Shown: piece by piece, positions 59,837 through 64,000 of the stretch
Numbering within the stretch: the first letter of the stretch is position 1
Layout of the letters: every line of letters starts with the position of its first letter
From: a virus
Direction: 5' to 3' (one strand)
Virus record (IMG/VR): IMGVR_UViG_3300009180_000022
Length of the DNA stretch: 64,000 bases
Made by a program: the position numbers and the translations under genes
Notes under the pieces: model-generated
What the model was told of the DNA's origin: nothing
The model's database searches: none
Seen by the model: the letters and a program-made list of their open reading frames with translations, nothing else

Positions 59837-61597
59837 TTATCCCCAGTAATTTCCAGCTGCGTAATGGCTATAATCATTTAATGACCCTGGGTAACTATTT
59901 TGGTTTACCGGATTCCGGGCGTAGGACCCATCTGTGGTGACATTATACAATGAACTTGTCTGCCCGCTTGAAGTAATATTTGTTCCATTTACTAAATCAG
60001 TCAATACATATGTGTAATAAGTTGACCAGGCTGGAAATGATTGTAAAACTTCCGTAAAATGAATCACTCCATCATAACCGGGTATGTATTCATATGCACT
60101 ACCTGCATCGTCCGTATTAGTTTGCCCTACTAATTCACGTAGACCGGCGTTAGTAGGTTGAGGTGTAAGAGAGTATAATTTATCTCTTTGAAATATAGTA
60201 CTATGACGGATCTGTGCTGTGGTAGCTCCTGTATGCGCGCACGGGAACGCGGTTATACTATTACCTTGCGAGTCAAAAGCGACTCTACCTCTCGATGGGT
60301 AAGCTGTATTGTCATCAAATAATGACATCCGCACATTGTTTGAGGCTCTATAGACATCTAAAGTTCGTAGACGCAACATGTTTCCATCTAAGTCAAATAT
60401 TGCAAGAGTACCTCTGGATGACGCAGACGTACCATTAACATACAAAACTCCCTCGGCTGAATTAAAAGTAATACCCGTGAAATCATTAGATAGAGTTGTA
60501 CCTCCAACAGCCAAAGATTTCGCCCACATTACTTCAGCCGATTCACCGTTTATTTTTACAATAAGCGCTTGTTGGTATCCTGAAGTCACTGATCGGAATC
60601 CACATGCGTATATGTTACCAGCAGAATCATATGTTACACTGTTAAACACGCCTTGACGCGTAGCACCGTCCGGCCAAGTAATAGATCTATACCAAATGCC
60701 ATTTCCATTTAAGTCCGAGACAATAACTAACGGGTTAGCATCTGTAGAGGGGTATTGAGAATACCCTACAGAAGCCATTCTAGTACCGGTATTATTAAAT
60801 GCTGTTTGGTATAATTTTTGTGTTTTACTGTCTGAGATTCCGCCAAAACCTAAAAAAACATTAGTAGTTAAATTAGAGTTTAACTTCCACAACATACCTT
60901 CATAACCTAGAGCACCATACCCCTGATACTGCGAGCCGGTTATATAAATCCCACCATCAGGACCTATTGCTATATGATCCGGCTGGTCTGGCTGTAAATT
61001 TGTAATCGTAAGTTCGCGGTGGTCTAATAAAATACCATCTGAAGATCTAATGACAAGTAGGTGCACCCAGGACCCAAAATGTTAATTAACCAATACATAT
61101 AATGTAGATTGATCACTGGATATAGCAATACTTTGACAGTAAGTACTATAAAGGTTTCCGGTCCCATATGTGCCTGGCGTTGCACCAGGCGTATAGTACT
61201 TATTCCAAACTATATTTGTTCCTGCTGCAGTAGTATTTATTTTTTGTATCACAGCGACAGAGCTCGAACTGGAGCTGGTAATAGCTCTATTATTAATATG
61301 TCCTACTGCGTAAATAGAATTTTGTGAGTTATCAACAACAAAACCCGCAGTAGTTAGGCTATGGTTGGCCGGTGTGCCGTTCAGTCTTATGTGTCTAGGC
61401 AATCCAGATCTTCCATACCCAGAACTCATTGATATTTGCGACCCGGCTGTAGTTGCACCGTTAACATAGCGAAAGTAGCTATTATTCATATTTCGCTCTA
61501 GATAAGAGTTGTTAGTTGCATTTAAGGCTATTAATCTGTACAGCAGTTCTCTGTTATATTGCCCAATACTGATTGCACCTGATGCTGGTAATGCCAT
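59837..61597 (-). pseudogene. Beta-propeller-like virion protein interrupted by one in-frame TAA (61082-61084)
   Basis: ORFs 61082-61597 and 59837-61066 are in the same frame, 5 codons apart (..YVLVN*HFGSWVHLLV..); MALPASGAIS N-terminus, D..GNIY..G / W.K repeats on both sides. Confidence 0.65.
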
Positions 61598-61621
61598 AAA
61601 ATTGTCCTTGTTGTTAACCTA

Positions 61622-61665
61622 TATTTATACGTCCAGTTGATTTCTTTTTAGTAACACAATACAAT
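61622..61665. promoter_or_regulatory. Back-to-back promoters: late TATAAATA on - (61622-61629) and TTGATT-17-TACAAT on + (61637-61665)
   Basis: Both motifs read directly in the intergenic gap. Confidence 0.7.
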
Positions 61666-61670
61666 ACCTT

Positions 61671-62150
61671 ATGCCTAACATTACTAAACCTATCCTTTAC
61701 ATGCTCATCGGGGTACCTGGTTCTGGAAAGAGCACCTGGATATCCAATCAGTTATGGACTTGCGAATGTGCATATGTATCAACTGACACCTACGTAGAAG
61801 AGTATGCCCGTATTGAACTTAAGACATACAGTGAAGTATTTGAATACTTTATGCCTACTGCTGTTAAGTTAATGTTGAATGATGTAGTTAAGGCTAGTAA
61901 AGCTGGTAAGGACATTATCTGGGATCAGACTAGTACAACCACTGCATCTCGAACGAAAAAGTTTCATATGTTACCGGAATATTATACAATTGCGGTGGTG
62001 TTTAGAACACCGGCCAGGGATGAGTTAGATGTTAGACTTAGTGGGCGCCTTGGCAAGCATATTCCTAAAAACGTTATTGATTCAATGATTGATAAATGGG
62101 AAGAGCCAACCCTGGAAGAAGGTTTTGATGAAATTTGGTATGCTGCTTAA
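61671..62150 (+). CDS. Polynucleotide-kinase-like P-loop protein (AAA_33)
   Basis: GVPGSGKST, STD, IIWDQT, R..R lid, EEGFDEI. Confidence 0.82.
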   Translation: MPNITKPILYMLIGVPGSGKSTWISNQLWTCECAYVSTDTYVEEYARIELKTYSEVFEYFMPTAVKLMLNDVVKASKAGKDIIWDQTSTTTASRTKKFHMLPEYYTIAVVFRTPARDELDVRLSGRLGKHIPKNVIDSMIDKWEEPTLEEGFDEIWYAA

Positions 62151-62167
62151 ATTATAGGAGATTTATT

Positions 62168-62536
62168 ATGCGTGAAAAACGTGAACGTATTATTAAGCCA
62201 TTTACCAACAAGTTTGGTCAAGTGATTGAACCAGGCATGTCTGTGTTTGTTGTTACCACTTGTACACACCAGACACATATTACTAAAGGTGAGTATGTTG
62301 GTTATATCGAGCGAGATGTGTATGGTAAGATGGAACCATTTGTGCAGGTGCTAGTTGAGTATGATAAAGCATATTATGTGTACAAAGACATACAGGAGCG
62401 TGTTAACTGGAAGACATTTAGCTCGAATCGTGATTGTGAATGGAGATCAGAGAAAGCTCATCGCATCACAACACTAAATTACAATCGCATCCTCCGTGCT
62501 GACTCTTCAGCAGAAGATCTTGTAGCAGTTGTATGA
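62168..62536 (+). CDS. Hypothetical protein
   Basis: AGGAG RBS before ATG 62168. Confidence 0.6.
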   Translation: MREKRERIIKPFTNKFGQVIEPGMSVFVVTTCTHQTHITKGEYVGYIERDVYGKMEPFVQVLVEYDKAYYVYKDIQERVNWKTFSSNRDCEWRSEKAHRITTLNYNRILRADSSAEDLVAVV

Positions 62537-62907
62537 GCCAGGTAGTCAATGCCATAATGGCAACAAAAGAGGATCGTCGCCGTCTAAAGCAAACAAAGCT
62601 GTTTCAGGATGTGTTCTCTGTTCGTGAGGATATTCAAACAGTATCTGCTGGTACAGAGATACAATATAGGATTGGCGTCACACTTGGCTCACAGTGCTGG
62701 GTTAGTGAGATGGAAAAACTCAAGAGTGATGATGCTCTTATCCATGCCATTGAACGTACTAAGCGTCAAGTAATTGAGGCTATCTTTGGTGAGTTCCGTG
62801 CTGACTTCCGAAACATTGAACGTGCTCTGTATGATAGCGATATCGAAACAGCTCGTGTGATGTTTCATGCTTTGGAAGATAGAATGTTTACGGTGACTCT
62901 TGACTGA
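62533..62907 (+). CDS. Hypothetical protein
   Basis: ATGA overlap, 124 aa. Confidence 0.6.
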   Translation: MSQVVNAIMATKEDRRRLKQTKLFQDVFSVREDIQTVSAGTEIQYRIGVTLGSQCWVSEMEKLKSDDALIHAIERTKRQVIEAIFGEFRADFRNIERALYDSDIETARVMFHALEDRMFTVTLD

Positions 62908-63145
62908 TTGGTTGTTTGTATTTGCATCTGTGTTTATGCTAGATGTTCTATATACGTATTATCTTAAAGCAGTACAAGACAGTAAGCCACTGACTGCAAG
63001 TGGTCTAGCGTCAATCGTTTACGTGTTGGCCTGTGTTGTCGTTATTAACTATACAACGGATAATTGGTTACTGATACCAGCAGCACTTGGTGCATTTTGT
63101 GGTACATACGTAGGTATAAGGATTAAAAAGAATGGTCAAACGTGA
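62900..63145 (+). CDS. Small membrane protein
   Basis: Three hydrophobic segments, GAFCGTYVG. Confidence 0.6.
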   Translation: MTDWLFVFASVFMLDVLYTYYLKAVQDSKPLTASGLASIVYVLACVVVINYTTDNWLLIPAALGAFCGTYVGIRIKKNGQT

Positions 63146-63317
63146 TATTGATACAGAAGAACAATGTAACCTATTCAATGAATGGACAAAGCTGACTGCT
63201 GACTTCTATGATAGGCAAAGACATCACAGTGGTGCTGTTGGTTATGATGAAATAGAATGGGAAGCATTCCAAGAAGGCTGGAACGCTGCCAAGAAGCACT
63301 TTGGAGTAGAGGGATGA
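63132..63317 (+). CDS. Hypothetical protein
   Basis: Overlapping neighbours; ends KHFGVEG. Confidence 0.5.
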   Translation: MVKRDIDTEEQCNLFNEWTKLTADFYDRQRHHSGAVGYDEIEWEAFQEGWNAAKKHFGVEG

Positions 63318-63541
63318 ATGAACAAGACATCGTTGAGCGATTGCGGATTCGTGCAGAGATTCGTAGACAGATCCCAGGCCGTAAGAGTGTACAGGAAGGC
63401 AAGTCTGATCGGATTGCTGACCTACTTGAGGAAGCTGCACACGAGATAGAAAGGCTCCAGAAAAAGATAGATACAATGACTCTATCACAAAAGGAGAATC
63501 CGGATGACCAATCCGACATATCGATCAATATTCGTAAGTGA
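63314..63541 (+). CDS. Conserved hypothetical phage protein
   Basis: RLRIRAEIRRQI..RKSVQEG..DRIADLLEEAA. Confidence 0.6.
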   Translation: MNEQDIVERLRIRAEIRRQIPGRKSVQEGKSDRIADLLEEAAHEIERLQKKIDTMTLSQKENPDDQSDISINIRK

Positions 63542-64000
63542 TGTTCACCTCGGAACAAAAGATAGTCAAGCAGACAAACTAAACAACTTCCTCAAGCACA
63601 ATACATGTGAGACTCTTTACCTCGTTGGAGATATCATAGATGCATGGAGAATACAGCAGAACAGATGGCGCTGGAAGCAGAGTCATACTAATGTTGTTCG
63701 ACGTGTTCTAGGCCACGCAAAACGTGGAACAAGAGTAGTTTATGTAGCAGGCAACCACGATGAGTTCCTACGCCCAATGATTCCATATGGGTTTACATTT
63801 GGTCTAGTGGAAATACATAACCAAATAGAACACATTGGTGCTGATGGAAAGCATTACCTCGTTGTGCATGGTGATATGTTTGACGGTATTACCAGACTCG
63901 CACCATGGCTGGGATTCCTTGGTGATCGTGCATATGATTTAATACTTACCCTTAATAGCAAGTTCAACTGGGTACGTCATAAGTTTGGATTTGGATACTG
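63504..64000 (+). CDS. Calcineurin-like metallophosphoesterase (LpxH/YbbF-like), 3'-truncated; absent from ORF track
   Basis: AGGAG RBS; SDVHLG, LVGDIID, GNHDE, VHGD. Confidence 0.85.
   Translation, partial: MTNPTYRSIFVSDVHLGTKDSQADKLNNFLKHNTCETLYLVGDIIDAWRIQQNRWRWKQSHTNVVRRVLGHAKRGTRVVYVAGNHDEFLRPMIPYGFTFGLVEIHNQIEHIGADGKHYLVVHGDMFDGITRLAPWLGFLGDRAYDLILTLNSKFNWVRHKFGFGY

Noticed and set aside
61082-61084. Genome-wide stop-codon reassignment
   Set aside because: TAA and TGA end core genes at expected lengths and genes are not fragmented under the standard code

Overview
Fragment of a large T4-like (myovirus) phage genome, almost all on the + strand. 1-11.9 kb: fibre/virion accessory genes (a long Asn/Thr-rich fibre cut by the window edge, three tandem paralogous lectin-like proteins, a large virion protein with a frameshifted tail). 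11.9-26.1 kb: the T4 core morphogenesis block (gp13-14-15-16-17-18-19-20-67-68-21-22-23-3) with TATAAATA late promoters. 26.1-45.4 kb: uvsY, uvsW, gp55, gp47, gp46, gp45, gp44, gp62, regA. Between gp46 and gp45 sits a ~10 kb 7-deazaguanine DNA-modification island (queE, queD, folE, DpdA/TGT-like, PurN-like formyltransferase, P-loop kinase, queF, MazG-like, queC, Ntn amidotransferase, dCTP deaminase/dUTPase-like, glycosyltransferase, methyltransferase). 46-48.3 kb: probable internal head proteins. 49-56 kb: a more GC-rich early region in which small genes are separated by 11 copies of an imperfectly palindromic promoter/RBS element that also supplies the upstream gene's stop codon; the last copy drives a structured non-coding segment. 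56-64 kb: small ORFs, RNA ligase, PNK-like kinase, two reverse-strand late genes and a truncated metallophosphoesterase. No tRNA, CRISPR array, integrase or DNA polymerase was recognised. All calls come from motif recognition and synteny; no searches were run.
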